A stretch of DNA of 64,000 nucleotides, taken from NCBI GenBank assembly GCA_964016885.1, contig OZ024741.1:135532001-135596000 (forward strand), written 5' to 3'. Under the pieces are notes generated by a model. That model saw only the letters and a program-made list of their open reading frames with translations. It did no database searches and had not been told where the DNA came from. Position 1 is the first letter of the stretch. Each line of letters begins with the position of its first letter. Shown here piece by piece: positions 14,341-30,429 of the stretch. The DNA comes from Eledone cirrhosa. Lineage: Eukaryota. The position numbers were made by a program, and so were the translations under genes.

Positions 14341-14433
<93 letters not shown>

Positions 14434-16055
14434 GTTCTTTGAGTCTCAGTCATTGATGTTAGTTAACTGGAAAGTTTGTTGAAATGAATATCAAGCCACT
14501 ACCTGCAGCCTCAGATATTCAGGACGTATCGGAGGGTTCTTGCTGTTCCCAGCAAGCATGCCTTTTGAAGTGTTCCAAAAAGCGGGGCGGGGCCAATTTT
14601 CTTTAACAATCCCTGGAAACTTTTTGAGATAGTCCCTAGTGCGCCTATGACAATCGGGATCACTTTGACTTCATGGCAGTTCTAAATCCTTTTTATCTCC
14701 CACTTTAAGTCCTGGTATCGGTTAATTTTCTCCCCCTCCTCTCCTTGCACTCCCGTGTCGAATGGGCAGGCCACATCCACAATCAGGCACGATCTTTTTT
14801 CCTTGTCCAAAACCACCAGGTCAGTTCTATTGTGTTCCAGTTTCTTGTCCGTCTGTATCCTAAAATCCCACAGCACCTTCACCTGATCGTTTTCTATCAC
14901 CGACTCTAGCTTATGCTCATACCACTTCTCAGAATGTGGTAAATTGTTTACTTTGCATAGGTGCCAGTGGATCACCTTGCCCTTCACATCATTCCTCCAG
15001 CCTTTATAGTGAGTCTGTGCTAGGAGTTTACACTCGGATACAATGTGAGCCACAGTCTCTTCTCTTTCTCCACAGATCCTGCACAGTGGGCTAGCCTCCT
15101 CCTTGTAAATATGGTGTTTCAGCCACTTCGTTTGAGGGCCTGCTCTTGCGCAGCCATTAGCATTCCTTCTGTAGCCTTTTTAAGGTCTCCTCCTCTCAAC
15201 CAGTTCCATGTCTGTGGATCTCTGAATTCCGTCTTCTCAAAGAAGGTACTATGAAGGGATTTTTCATGAAGGTTGCTCTTCCTCCTTTTTGTTATTTCCT
15301 CCTTGGACATCCCCTGAATCATTGTCCTCTTCTTCAGTACAATTCTGAGCATTGGCTCCTTACTATCGGTTACGTATTTGTGTAGGTTGTTTTTCTCCAT
15401 CTGAACACAGTCCTCTATGCTGATAAGACCTCTTCCACGTTCAGATCTCCTTAAGTAGAGTCTATCGACATCACTCCTCTTGTGGAACATGTTGTCAATA
15501 GCTTCCTAGTCTTCCTATCCATTTCGTTTTGTTCAGCAACATTCCATCTCAGAATTCCCGCACTGTACCTAATAATAGACACAGCTCGGGAATTTACTCC
15601 ACTTATGGCATTCCTACTGTTCAGATGTGACTTTAATACGCTCCTTACTCTCCGAAGGTATTCAGTTCTTATCAACTCCTTCATTTTTTTGTTCTTGATG
15701 TCATCAGCCTCCAGAACACCCAAATACTTGTATCCTTCTTCAGTGTCAATTTCCTTTATCTTCTCACCTGTTGGTACCTGGATTCCGTTGCTTCTGCTCA
15801 ATTTACCCCTCTTCATCACAAGGACTCCACACTTACTAATACAAAATTGCATACATATATCATTGCTGAAAATACGGGCAGTGTCAACAAGCACATGCAA
15901 CTCCTTCTCACTCTTCCCGAAAAGCTTAAGATCGTCCATGAAGAGGAGGTGATTGATGGTAAGCTCTCCCTTTCCCAACTTGTATCCCGCTCTCACTTTT
16001 CGCAGTATAATGGTCAGGGGCATCAAGGCAAGGACAAATAACAGAGGGGAAGACT
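14434..16055 (-). mobile_element. R4/Dong-like retrotransposon, third 5'-truncated, frameshifted copy
   Basis: ORFs 15451-16026, 15119-15490 and 14682-15053 match the 9549-11945 protein; (TAA)n on both sides. Confidence 0.9.
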
Positions 16056-16063
16056 ATCATTAC

Positions 16064-16854
<791 letters not shown>

Positions 16855-17055
16855 TATAATAGTATATATATATAATTATATATATATATATATATATATA
16901 AGAATTTTTGTCCTAGGAAGATGTTATTTTGGAAATGTGCATAATAAAATATATGGAACTTTTTTAACTATCTTTTAATTTCTTCTTTTATATATATATA
17001 TATATATATAACATGTTATCCATGTGCAACCATACAGTATTCTTCTCCCCATATT

Positions 17056-17106
<51 letters not shown>

Positions 17107-17524
17107 TAAAAATTAGCGAGAATCGAATTTCAGCCCATGAAATAACGAGAAAACACTTTCGAGTTGTGAGGCAAGCGCTCAATCAATAATTCAAATGAAT
17201 TAGAGCTTACAACTTACGTTAAAGGCCAAACACACTGAGATGGTGGTTAAACTAATCATCCACACAGCGAAGATTTGATCTCCTATTTCGGGTCAAACAG
17301 ATATACAGTTATAAAAATATATGAAAATATAAATGTTTATATATATATATATATATAAAAGAAAAAATTAAAAGATGGTTAAAAAAGTTCCATATATTTT
17401 ATTTTATATATGCACATTTCGAAAACAACATCATCCTAGGACAAGCATTGTGTTCTCATCAGATAAAATAAGGTAACATGGTATGAGGCCTAAAAACACT
17501 TGTGAACAAGAAAGTGTCCAGTCT

Positions 17525-17574
<50 letters not shown>

Positions 17575-18029
17575 ATGCTTATCGTAAGAGGTGACTAAAT
17601 GTGTTGGTTTAGAATAGGTGCCTCACAAATGACATCATGATAATTACAATATGATTAGCCTTGTGATTAACCATGGATTTAGATGGAAAAGGGAGACTTA
17701 AACAGGCCTGTATTGTATCAACAATAAATGTAAAGAGAAGTTTTGCGTATGCTTTTGATTAGCTACAATGATTCCCCCATAACGTAATAAGGTTGAAGGG
17801 AAATAACTCTGATAACCAATGAACACACTGTTACGTATGTGTGGACGTGAATAACAACTTATCTGTGTCAAAGAACACTGGAAACAATAAAATAAATAAA
17901 TGAAATAAATTTTTATTGGAAATCATTAAAATTGAAACATGAATAGAAAGTGGAATGTATAGAGATGTAACAATGTAAAAAACTTAATTACATAGGCGAT
18001 ACTACTGGCTACATTGTAAGTTCAAATGC

Positions 18030-19375
<1,346 letters not shown>

Positions 19376-20849
19376 GCCTCTCGCTTCTCCTTGCTGTCGA
19401 GATGAGGAACTAGATGTTATCTATTCATTTTATTTATTTAATATATATTGATTAATTCGTTCTGGTCATCGAAGGTCAAACATTTCTACTTATCTATTCA
19501 TTACTTGATTGCGTTAAATAAATATTAAATATATATTAAATAAATATTTATCATCCCTTTTCATAGTATATCTATAAATCTATAGATGTGGTAATTCTAT
19601 AAATCTAACGATGAATGATGAAAGATAACGATTTCATTTCGATACCTGATCTATTGATTTTTATCTATTTGTATAGAAAATAAATAAAAAAAAAAAATGG
19701 TTTTGAAGTTAAACAAAGGTTGCCGTATTATGTCGCGGAATATCATTAGTTTTTATGAGATAAGAAAATTGAATTAATAGTTTATCAAAGTGAAGAAAAA
19801 AAAGAATATTGATTTTTTCTATTATTACATAGGCACAACGAGTTTTTTTTTCGGTGTAATTACAACTGACAAGGGATATAGAATTTTTTGTTGAAATTTG
19901 GGAGACGGTAACTGTCGGAAGCCCATCATATACATATATCGTGTATTCGTCTGAGCTTACCTTTACTATTTAAGTCCCGTAGAAAACACTAAATACGAGA
20001 CTTAAAATAAAACAGTACAGGTCTCGACGTCAACAGCTAACTGTCCTCAAGGTGATACCACAGTCTAACTGAAATCTGTCAGAAATATTCATGTTCTCCT
20101 ATTAGACAGGTACAAAGAGATTTTGTTTTCGATCTAATTACATCTAACAAGGAATAGAGATATGTTTTGTTGGACATGTGAGAGGGACTACATTGTAACA
20201 CGTTTATATGCTAGACTTCAAATAGGTGTATCAACAAAATAATGTATTTAATACATATATTTTTCTATACATATATTTTTTATATACAGACATTATTGTG
20301 CTTCGACGGGATTAGGGTGCTAGGCTGGTAGAACGAGTAGAGTATCGGACAAAATGCTTTGGGGTATTTAGTTTCGGCTCCCTACTTTCTTATTTCAAAT
20401 TTTACCGAGCTTGACTTTGCATTTCTTCATTGCAGTATCGATAAAATAAAACCCCGGTAAAACTCTGGGTGTGCCACGAAATTCATTGCAGCATTTCGTC
20501 AGGGCTCTTTACGTTCTTCTTTCAAATTCTGTTGAGCTCAACTTTGTATTTCATCATTCCTATGTCGTTAAAATAAAACACAAGGTAATATATAATGTGC
20601 CTGTGTGTGTTTGGGTTTCTATATATACTATGGTCTTCTGCAATTTCCGTCAACAAAATTTCACTCGGAAGACATTGGTCAATCCGAGACCATAGTTGAG
20701 GACACCTACCCAAGGTATCAGACAGTGGGATCGAAGCCGATATAATGTGGTTCAAAAGTGAACTCCTTAAACACACAGCCATGTCTGCGACTTTATACTC
20801 ACATATCTTTCACAAGAAACAGTGATCCATGTGCACTCCCCCCCCCCCC

Positions 20850-20893
<44 letters not shown>

Positions 20894-21177
20894 ATAGTAT
20901 AGTTATCTTCAACACGGTTCGTTGCTACCATTCACTTCCAATTCCTCATTTGACTTAATTTATGCATTTGCACTTCGCATGCACGTCCTTCATTTAGGCA
21001 ACTATAAAGCAAGTATATTGCATAGGACGCTCTGTTTCCTTTATATGTTCTCCTGAATTATTCAACACTACCTATGTATATATATATATACACAGACACA
21101 CACATAAACTCTCACACGTGTGTGTGTGTGTGTGTTTATGTGTGTGTGTATGTGTGTGTGGGTGGGTGTGTGTAACC

Positions 21178-21340
21178 ACAGTAAGTAAGGTACTCAATAC
21201 ATTAGTAGAGTATATACAAAATTTAATATAGAAATGGCTTTTACACGACTAGAACTGTTTCATTCGAAGGAAATCATCAGGAAAGCCCTGATGATTTCCT
21301 TCGAAAAAACAGTTCTAGTCCTGTATGTAGAAGCCATCTC
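21178..21340. mobile_element. Mini fold-back hammerhead element (family H)
   Basis: gactagaactgtttcattcgaaggaaatcatcagg aaagc cctgatgatttccttcgaa..aaacagttctagtc; one-sided tail 21178-21229. Confidence 0.75.
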
Positions 21341-21368
21341 CCTCTCCCTCTCTGTATATATATATATA

Positions 21369-21752
21369 TATAAGTTAAAACAATGAAATAAAAAATCAAG
21401 TCATTAGAAATATACTTCACTGCTTTACGTTCGTTTCTAGGTGATGATAATACATCGTAACTATACTTCGTTATCGATCTATGTAAGGTTAGTTACAAAA
21501 TATCAGATAAGGAGAATATTTACTTACATGCATATCACCAGCTGTTGTCAAAAGCAAAAGCATTTGCTTTTGACAACAGCTGGTGATATGCATGTAAGTA
21601 AATATTCTCCTTATCTGATATTTTGTAACTAACCTTACATAGATCGATAACGAAGTATAGTTACGATGTATTATCATCACCTAGAAACGAACGTAAAGCA
21701 GTGAAGTATATTTCTAATGACTTGATTTTTTATTTCATTGTTTTAACTTATA
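21369..21752. repeat. Essentially perfect palindrome, 190-bp arms, 4-nt loop, followed by ~130-bp tail, between (TA)n tracts
   Basis: Loop agca at 21559-21562; the ORF track gives mirror ORFs 21441-21632(+) and 21489-21680(-). Confidence 0.95.
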
Positions 21753-21878
21753 CGATGACTCTGTTTTCCTTTTAATGTTTTATTGTTTTCCGGGATTTAT
21801 TTTAACCTACAACATTTTCAACATATGGATTACATTGAGTTCTTCATGCAGACTAGACCCCACAACTTACCGTGGATA

Positions 21879-21917
<39 letters not shown>

Positions 21918-21999
21918 GTAGAGTGCTCTTCCTAATATTACATCGAGGTTGACCATACGGAATGACGAGTTCTATCCAGTGGTGAACCAACAAACCTAA

Positions 22000-22059
<60 letters not shown>

Positions 22060-22491
22060 TTCGATCCCACTTGATACTAGGTAGCAGTTACTTTCTGTCA
22101 CTTGTGTTAACAGGGTTTCTCTTTGCATGGAGTGCTGAGGGTTTACAACTTCATTAATTGCATAATATACATACACCCACACATAAATACATCAATAACG
22201 CAATATGAAATATTAAACGTTTTGATTATTTATTCTCTTTGTGGATATCTCATATTATAGAATATCTGTGAAATTGTTAAATATACGTAAATGTTTAATT
22301 CATGTCTCGTGGTTTGGGATATAATCTGTCATTATTTATTATATAGCCTCACTTTACAATTTTATAACATCATTTACATGATAACAGCTTACTGATAATT
22401 GTGATCATCTCAAAATTGTGTAATCTTCAAATTATTCCGCCTTGTTTCTTTCTTGTCTGTTAACACACACACACACTCTCTCTCCCCTCTC

Positions 22492-22598
<107 letters not shown>

Positions 22599-23198
22599 TC
22601 ATTTATCTTTCTATCTATATCTCTGCTCACGTGGAAACATCCAAGGATGGTCTCATATCTCCATCATTATGAATGGTTTTCAATTCTTGTATGACCGAAT
22701 TGCTATTTCAAATGAATTCTTGAATATTGATGTATTGTAAGAGGGGGCAGATATCAGAACCGATCGGCAGATCTATCTACATATTGTGTTATATAATATT
22801 CCATAGTTCCATCAGAATTACATAGTTTACATGTAGTTTACCTTGTGAAAATATATGGTTTAATGATAGGTGCAGCTCACGACTGTTAGTTCAGGAGTTC
22901 GATTCCCGGCAGTACGTTTTGTCAATGAACAAGACGCTTTATTTCACGTTGATCGACTTATTTCAGCTGGCAAATAATATACCCGTAATTCAAAAGACCA
23001 GCCTTGTCAAAGCAGAGTCAAGCAGAGTCTCCCTGAGAACTATGATAAGTATACACGTGTCTGTAGAATATTCGATCATATTCTTGTTCGTTTCTGTATT
23101 TTTTATTCAGATAACATTTATTTATTTTGTATTTTTTACTGAAATTTGTTATTAATATTGTCTCCAGACTTAATTAACTAAAATATTATTTTCATTAT

Positions 23199-23602
23199 TG
23201 GTGGATTGGCAGTATCGGTAGAGGGTTGGACGCCATGCTTTGCAGCAAAGAGTTACGGCCCTTTATGGTCTGAGTTCAAATCCCACCGTGGTTAACTTTG
23301 CCGTTCATCCTTACAGAGTCGAAAAAATAAAGTACCAGTAATACACTGGGATAATTGCTGCCAAAAGTAGAAACAATTATTAAGATTACGGTGGGTTGGC
23401 AGAATCGGTAGGGCGTCGGACACAATGTTTCGCGGCATAGAGTTACGACCCTTTAGGTTCTGATTTCAAATCCCGTCAAAGTTAGCTTTGCCTTTCATCC
23501 TTACGGGGTCGATAAAATAAAGTACCAGTCATGCACTAGAGTCGATTTAATCGACCTTCCCTTTCCCCCTAAATTGCTGTCTCCGTGTAGAAACAATTAT
23601 TA
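23199..23602 (+). mobile_element. Head-to-tail pair of full-length family A SINEs
   Basis: A-box TGGCAGTATCGG/TGGCAGAATCGG, B-box GAGTTCAAATCC; both end gtagaaacaattattaagattac. Confidence 0.85.
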
Positions 23603-24416
23603 AGATTACAACCATAGTTACAACAATGTAATGAACGATTACGTCTATATATTTATCACGACAATCTATTGTATAAATATATTATTTTATTATTATATTA
23701 TTGTGAAACCGTTAGACATATTATTAAATTATATGTATTATTTTTATTGTGATGGCACTGAAAATATATATTTATGTGTGATATATTATTAAATGGAAAA
23801 AATATCGGTAATAAATAGTAAATTAAAATATTAGAGTCAGTTTTTGAAAGGTTTTACATTATAAAATTGTAGAAAAATTGTAGAAAGAAGGAAATACTGT
23901 AGTGTCAACCAGTGAAAATTACAATTGTGGATATCATATATTTTGGCTCCAAACATTGCATCGATAATATTACGATCAAAAGCCATTCGTCACGGTAATC
24001 ACAGACATCTAAAAGTTATTGTCAGACATAATATATGCAATGACCAGATTTTAGTGCATTATTCGCCTTGATCGTACGGGTTCCCGTTTTTCAGCTGTCA
24101 ACCTCACTTTTTGCGCCATTCTGTGAGAGTATCTGTTACGATTGCATTACAGTTGGGTTCATCTCGTGGCCAAGCCCAGTTTGAAGTAGGAGTTTGGAGA
24201 AAATCAATAATTTTACACCTGGAGGTCCCAACATTTTCACAACCGGCGGCCCAATTTATTTAAATGAATTTGTCCCCTTGCATCTGATATCATCACTACA
24301 CTCCCAGGTCGATATATTACAAAGATAATAATAACTGAAAGAGAGAAATGGTTATATTTAGAGAGCAATGGGTACCCAGTAATGAATGTATATTTTGTTT
24401 TTAACAAAATACTTGA

Positions 24417-24522
24417 AATCCAGTTCTAACTTTACGGATCCCAGTTCTACCTTTACAGATCCCAGTTCTACATTTACGGATCCCAGTTCTACCTTTACAG
24501 ATCCCAGTTCTACCTTTACGGC
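24417..24522 (+). repeat. 21-bp minisatellite (~5 copies, gatcccagttctacctttac[ag]), possibly inside a hAT-like MITE
   Basis: Period 21; ttgggaaccgctg at ~24530-24542 resembles a hAT terminus. Confidence 0.8.
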
Positions 24523-24631
24523 TCCTAACTTGGGAACCGCTGATCCATAAATTTGTACGATTATTTATTAAGCAACCTATTTAATATACAATGATATATT
24601 TGTTTTGTTTTTCAGTTAGACTCATTTCGTT

Positions 24632-24775
24632 ATGGCGACCACGGCAAACGCAGTGGCTGTGGCAACAACACCACCGACGGCCACAACTCCGACCACTAAT
24701 ACTGCCACTACGCCAGATGACAAAAGTTCACGGCAATTTCCTAAAGCTGGCACACGAGCTCTTCTCATCGAAAAG
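24632..24775 (+). CDS. Candidate first coding exon of unknown host gene (MATTANAVAVATTPPTATT...AGTRALLIEK)
   Basis: Acceptor ttgttttgttttttcag ending at 24615, in-frame upstream TAG then ATG, 48 codons, donor AAG|gtacag, GC above background. Confidence 0.45.
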
Positions 24776-24979
24776 GTACAGTACCAGTTATATATTATAC
24801 ATTGTATCATCGGTATATATCACTGTCATATTGCAAGAAAGAAAAACCTCAACAATAACAAAAAGAAAATATTTTATTATAAAGAAATATGACCATATTA
24901 GTTGGAGTAATTGAGGATGTAGTATTATTGTATATGTAATGGCAAATTGTGGATGTTGTAGCAATATTGTGTATGTAAT

Positions 24980-25320
24980 GCACTTCATACCCCACACCCC
25001 GTACAGCGACGAGTTCCGCACCCGAGCGGATGTCGAGCGATTCGTGCGACGCACCAAGCTACAGGCACACTTCTACAACACTCCACCGGCTCCGAACGCC
25101 CCAGACCCCTTTCTCGCCTTGGGCCGACGACCATCTTCTTGGACGCCGGCACCCGGACAATTTAGCACCCTGGACACGTTCGTCGACGCCTGCCGTAGCG
25201 CAGTAAATCGCTTCGACATCCGCCGCCGCTCCAAACGGCATAACATCACACGGGGCGAACTCCTAGCTCTCCGCTCCCTCCGTAGCCGCGACGACATCGT
25301 CATCCAACCGTCGGACAAAG
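24980..25320 (+). mobile_element. Penelope-like element ORF N-terminal fragment
   Basis: FIP...ERFVRRTKLQAHF...SSWTP...NITRGELLALRSLRSRDDIVIQPSDK, matching the PLE pre-RT '(K)PADKG' region; GC-rich island. Confidence 0.75.
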
Positions 25321-27569
25321 ATATCCTCTTTACAATAATTCTTCGAAATGCATAATACTTTTTTCCTCTTTTTAATCTTCAAACTTTTCTCACATCTTTC
25401 GACATAAATAATATGTAATTGAAATTCTCATCGTCGAAAAAATAATCTCACACAAAATAATATATAATTTTCTCTACATAGTTTCTGAGTAAATCATTCA
25501 TCAAATTTAATGGTTAGCAAATAAGATTGAGTTATCTTTTCCTTTACAACCGAGCAAAAACAAAATTGATAACTTCTATGATAAACTATATAACTTCGCT
25601 AAATTAATAATATTCTGAAAACATTTTCAATGTTGGAACATAATGTTTGAATCTACAAATTGTTCTCCCCTTACAACTGGAACTATGTCTTTTTCTTAAA
25701 TATTTATGTAAAATGTAAAATCAAAATCCTCCGTAACTCATTTTAGAAATGTAAACAATTAATACGTGCGTTTTAAAATCACCAATAATACTTATACTTG
25801 CACAATTATTAATCTATTTATATACTTACGACTTGTTTTAATGTAATAAGATAAAATATACTTACAACCATAATTCTTCATATAATCTAAGTGATTATAT
25901 ATACAATATTTTTGTATATATATATAGCAAATTAAGCATGAGCATCGAAGACGTGACTTTTTAGTCCTGCTAGGGACTTGCTATGGCCGGCAATAACATG
26001 CATCGCAAAAAATGCCACATATCAAGCGATGCCTGTGCTTGAAGCTTTTGTAGGTGAGGAAAGGCTTTGCTCGGGGCCAATCCCACTTTTTGAAGATCGA
26101 ATGCATTTGCCCAAAAAGTATAACTGGTCTACATCATTGGATACAAACGAAGTCGCAGGTTTTATATCAGAATGACCTTCTTCTAGAGAGATGTCTTAAT
26201 GAAGACTAGGAGTCACTCACCCACGAAAAAAAGAAAATACTTTATTGGATGGCCGTTGACTCTCCTGAGTTCCTCCACTCTTTGACGGGTCTTGTTTTTC
26301 ATCCCGCATGGTGTCCAAAATCACCCTCCTCACCAAGCAAGGTTGGTGGGGTTGCCGGTTTATCGCCGACGACCCGGCTACGTTGTACTGGATTACATAT
26401 TACTAGAAGCGCCGAAGAGCTTCCTGACACACATACATGCAAACCAACCTACATACGTTTATACATACATACATACATACATACATACATACAGACATAC
26501 ATGAGGATTGCAGCGCCTTCACAGACAATTGCCGTCTCTTATTGATTCTTCATTGTCATCCCATCAGCGTCCATCACTTCGTAGATGACTTTGTAGACCT
26601 GCTGTAGATCTGCATGATTTACGACACAGGTGACAGATACATGAGGACGGGAAATTCTCACCACTGCCTCCCCCCCTCTCTCTCTCTCCCACTGATACAC
26701 ATTCTTACCATCTCCTTTCCAGCGTGACAAAAGTTTTACTCCACGGAAACACCAGCTGTAATATAATATATATGGGCGTATCTTAGAACACTAGAAGCAT
26801 TGCGTTAATCCTTGAATTTCTATAACTATTTTTCAATTGTTTGATGAAGGACACTTCCCACTTGTGAAATTAACGTGCAAGTATCTGAGCATTCCACAAT
26901 TACGTGAACCTTTAACATAGTTCTCGGGCATATTAAGCGTGATATGGAATGTGACAAGGCTGACTCTTTGAATTAAAGGTTGAACTATTTTTTTCTAGGG
27001 GAGGGGACTATGGTAACATTAAATACAGGCTCAAGGATACAAAGCAACGCCTTGAATCAAACATTCGAGACTACGATCGTGAGCCGAACATATTAACCAC
27101 ATAGCCATACGCGCACACACAAACACACACTCAGCATTCCACACACGCATATATAAGCGCTGGCATGGCTGTGTGCTTCACCTCCTTGAATCAAACTCAT
27201 GACCTTACAATTGTAAACGAAACCTAACCACTAGTCCAAGCTCTTTCAATCCATGACTTTGATTATGTAATGTAATGTAGAGACAATGTCCTTCCATATG
27301 AGATAACTATCAAATCACAAAATGTTTAAGTATGGTAGAATGAGATATTAAGAACACACACTAGAATCCTTCCAGCAACCAAACCCATTCACCTGTTTCC
27401 ATTAGTCATGTTTCACACTATGTGTGAACATCTTATTAAATAATTATTTGTGAAAAAAATAATAATATATTTTTCTCGTAAAAAATTACGCGCCATGCTG
27501 TTGAAAATTTTAATAGATAGTTTCAAATAAAACATTACATTGATGCAATTATATATATATATATAATGT

Positions 27570-27678
27570 TTAATATGGAAATAGTTTCTACAGGACTAGA
27601 ACATTCGAAGGAAATCATCAGGAGATTTCCTTCGAAATGAAACAGTTCTAGTCCTGCAGAAGCCATTTCTATATTAAA
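27570..27678. mobile_element. Mini fold-back hammerhead element (family H)
   Basis: ctacaggactagaac..ttcgaaggaaatcatcagg / gatttccttcgaaatgaaacagttctagtcctg. Confidence 0.7.
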
Positions 27679-27686
27679 TGTATATA

Positions 27687-27773
<87 letters not shown>

Positions 27774-27962
27774 TGTTATACTTTGGGAGGATCATGTTGC
27801 AAAGAATCTTGCTAAACAAATTCAGAAACGAAATATATATATATATATAAGTTGAAAAAAATGAAAACGAAATTTCATTTCTCACTCTTAGTATGGCACT
27901 TACTTAAATGTAAGTATGTATGTATACGTACATACATATATGTATACAGACGTACAGTAGCA

Positions 27963-28012
<50 letters not shown>

Positions 28013-28162
28013 CAGGTACACATACATATATGCACGCATCAGTTTAGCGGACGCTTATTATAACGCCGCTTTGTTCGTTTGTCAACAAACTGAACAGCCT
28101 GAATTTATGCCATACGGTGTTAAGGCAACCACGTCACCTTTTTGTTCAACACTGACAGAGGA

Positions 28163-28205
28163 ACGATGTACTAGTTTCAAGCTTGTTAGCTATCATCAGC
28201 ACCGT
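28163..28205 (-). ncRNA. Type I hammerhead ribozyme
   Basis: ACGGUG-CUGAUGA-u-AGCU aaca AGCU-u-GAAAC-ua-GUA-CAUCGU. Confidence 0.85.
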
Positions 28206-28464
28206 ATACCCATCTGCCAGATAGTTGAACGTTCGAAAGTATATACTTTCCTTATGAAAATTAACGGCTGAGCAGCCTAATTTGCATAATGAGTGCCATA
28301 CTAAGAGTGAGAAATGAAATTTCGTTTTCATTTTTTTCAACTTATCGTTTTCGGTATGCCTGACCGATTTAACTCACTCATTATGCAAATTAGGCTGCTC
28401 AGCCGTTAATTTTCATAAGGAAAGTATATACTTTCGAACGTTCAACTATCTGGCAGATGGGTAA

Positions 28465-28507
28465 ACGGTGCTGATGATAGCTAACAAGCTTGAAACTAGT
28501 ACATCGT
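28465..28507 (+). ncRNA. Type I hammerhead ribozyme
   Basis: acggtg-CTGATGA-t-agct aaca agct-t-GAAAC-ta-GTA-catcgt; palindromic stem III ACUAGU. Confidence 0.85.
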
Positions 28508-28656
28508 TCCTGTGTCAGTGTTGAACAAAAAGGTGACGTGGTTGCCTTAACACCGTATGGCATAAATTCAGGCTGTCAGTTTGTTGACAAACGAACAAAG
28601 CGGCGTTATAATAAGGGTCCGCTAAACTGATGCGTGCATATATGTATGTGTACCTG

Positions 28657-28700
<44 letters not shown>

Positions 28701-28750
28701 TGCTACTGTACGTCTGTATACATATATGTATGTACGTATACATACATATT

Positions 28751-28798
<48 letters not shown>

Positions 28799-29844
28799 CG
28801 CGCGCGCGCGCGCGTGTGTGTGTGTGTATAAATATCTTTATATATACTTAGATGTGTATATAAAGGACACTTACATTAGTTGACTAGCACCTATATGTGT
28901 TTTCCCTTTCTCTCTCTCTTTTTTTCCTCTTCTGTCTCCTTTATCTTTCTCTCTGTATATATCTTCCGAAGAAGAACTTGCGCCCGAAAAGCTAATATAC
29001 TTTTGTTGTTGTTATACTAATATACCATTATGGTCTGAGTTAAAACCCCGCCGAGGTTAACTTTGCCTTTCATCCTTACGGGGTCGATAAAATAAAGTAC
29101 TAGTAATGCACTGGTATACTAAAATACCATCAATGTATCACGCAGTTCTCTAATATTGTCGTATGAAAGACACTGCCTTGTGATTCGCAATTAATTTTGA
29201 GAAAAATAAACTCGGGTAGATTTAGTTATATAACTAACTTCATCATTATTAAGTTGACATTCGAAGCATAACTTAACAAAGGTTTTTACATAAAATCATA
29301 ATGGGAGGTATTTTAGAATGATATACAAACTTTACATTAAACAGTTCTTTTTCTATCGTAGATCCAGCGGTGGTTTCATGCTGTTTGGTATGAAAAGGGT
29401 TTTAAATAATCAAAGTCCAAAGGAAGAAAGTCGGATTTAACCACCAGCCATGATTTGCAATGTTAACCAAGCCAGGCATATGTCAATACTATTGAAAGTG
29501 TAGGCAGGTATTCGACTGTATCGGTAGTCATGTTAAGCAGCGAATATTTCATTAAATCAAATTACGAGCTTATCCGTCTACGGAAGCGCAACATACACAT
29601 GCCGTTTCTCTTTGAAATATTCTATGGCGATTTTCTTCCGATTCTCAAAGGAATCGACAAAGAGAACAAGATACCGCTATATAGTTAGGATTAATTCTAA
29701 GTTAGTTATTCCGTGTTAGCCTGGAAACAAACTAAAATATTTATTTGTTGGTCATATATAATACTACGAAGGTTTACTTTCACATAAGCTATATGAGCAA
29801 ACTCTCCTACCGAAACTCACGCACACACGTATGTATATATATAT

Positions 29845-29908
<64 letters not shown>

Positions 29909-29914
<6 letters not shown>

Positions 29915-30345
29915 ATGATATCAATAAATGTAAACTATATTTATAAAACCATATTTATTCTATTATATATATTTCAAGGGTACCAAAGCTTTGGTACGCC
30001 CTCATCAGATAAAATACAAAATGTGTTTTATAAATAGTGACATACCCAGGAATCAGACCTTAACGGTTCAAGTTCCGTTTCGATAGTATCCAAACGGAAT
30101 CTGAACCGTTAAGGTCTGATTCCTGGGTATGTCACTATTTATAAAACACATTTTGTATTTTATCTGATCAGACGGTACCCAAGTTTTGGTACCCTTGAAA
30201 TATATATAATAGAATAAATATGGTTTTATAAATATAGTTTCCATTTATTAAAATCATTGATATTATACTCCAGAAAACTTGTCGAGTGCTTCGAATCTGT
30301 TATAAATATATTTGTGGAATTACCAACAAATTAAATATCTCTTTG

Positions 30346-30348
<3 letters not shown>
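29909..30348. mobile_element. Fold-back element (~170-bp arms to 30263, plus tail) with hammerhead-like motifs
   Basis: Minus arm reads CTGATGA-gggc-gtaccaaagctttggtac-cctt-GAAATATATA; the + arm core is mutated to CTGATCA. Confidence 0.75.
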
Positions 30349-30383
<35 letters not shown>

Positions 30384-30384
30384 T

Positions 30385-30417
<33 letters not shown>

Positions 30418-30429
30418 GATGTATGTATA

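Larger units (their letters stand above)
27848..28760. mobile_element. Compound inverted element (A-B-A'-spacer-B') with two intact hammerheads
   Basis: 27848-27899 inverts 28292-28345; ~27905-28295 inverts 28376-28755; (TA)n flanks. Confidence 0.85.

Noticed and set aside
23199-23290. tRNA genes at A/B-box motifs (also 49882, 52272, 57640)
   Set aside because: No cloverleaf; they continue into a shared SINE body and tail.
24417-24522. CRISPR-like short repeats
   Set aside because: Contiguous 21-bp minisatellite without spacers.
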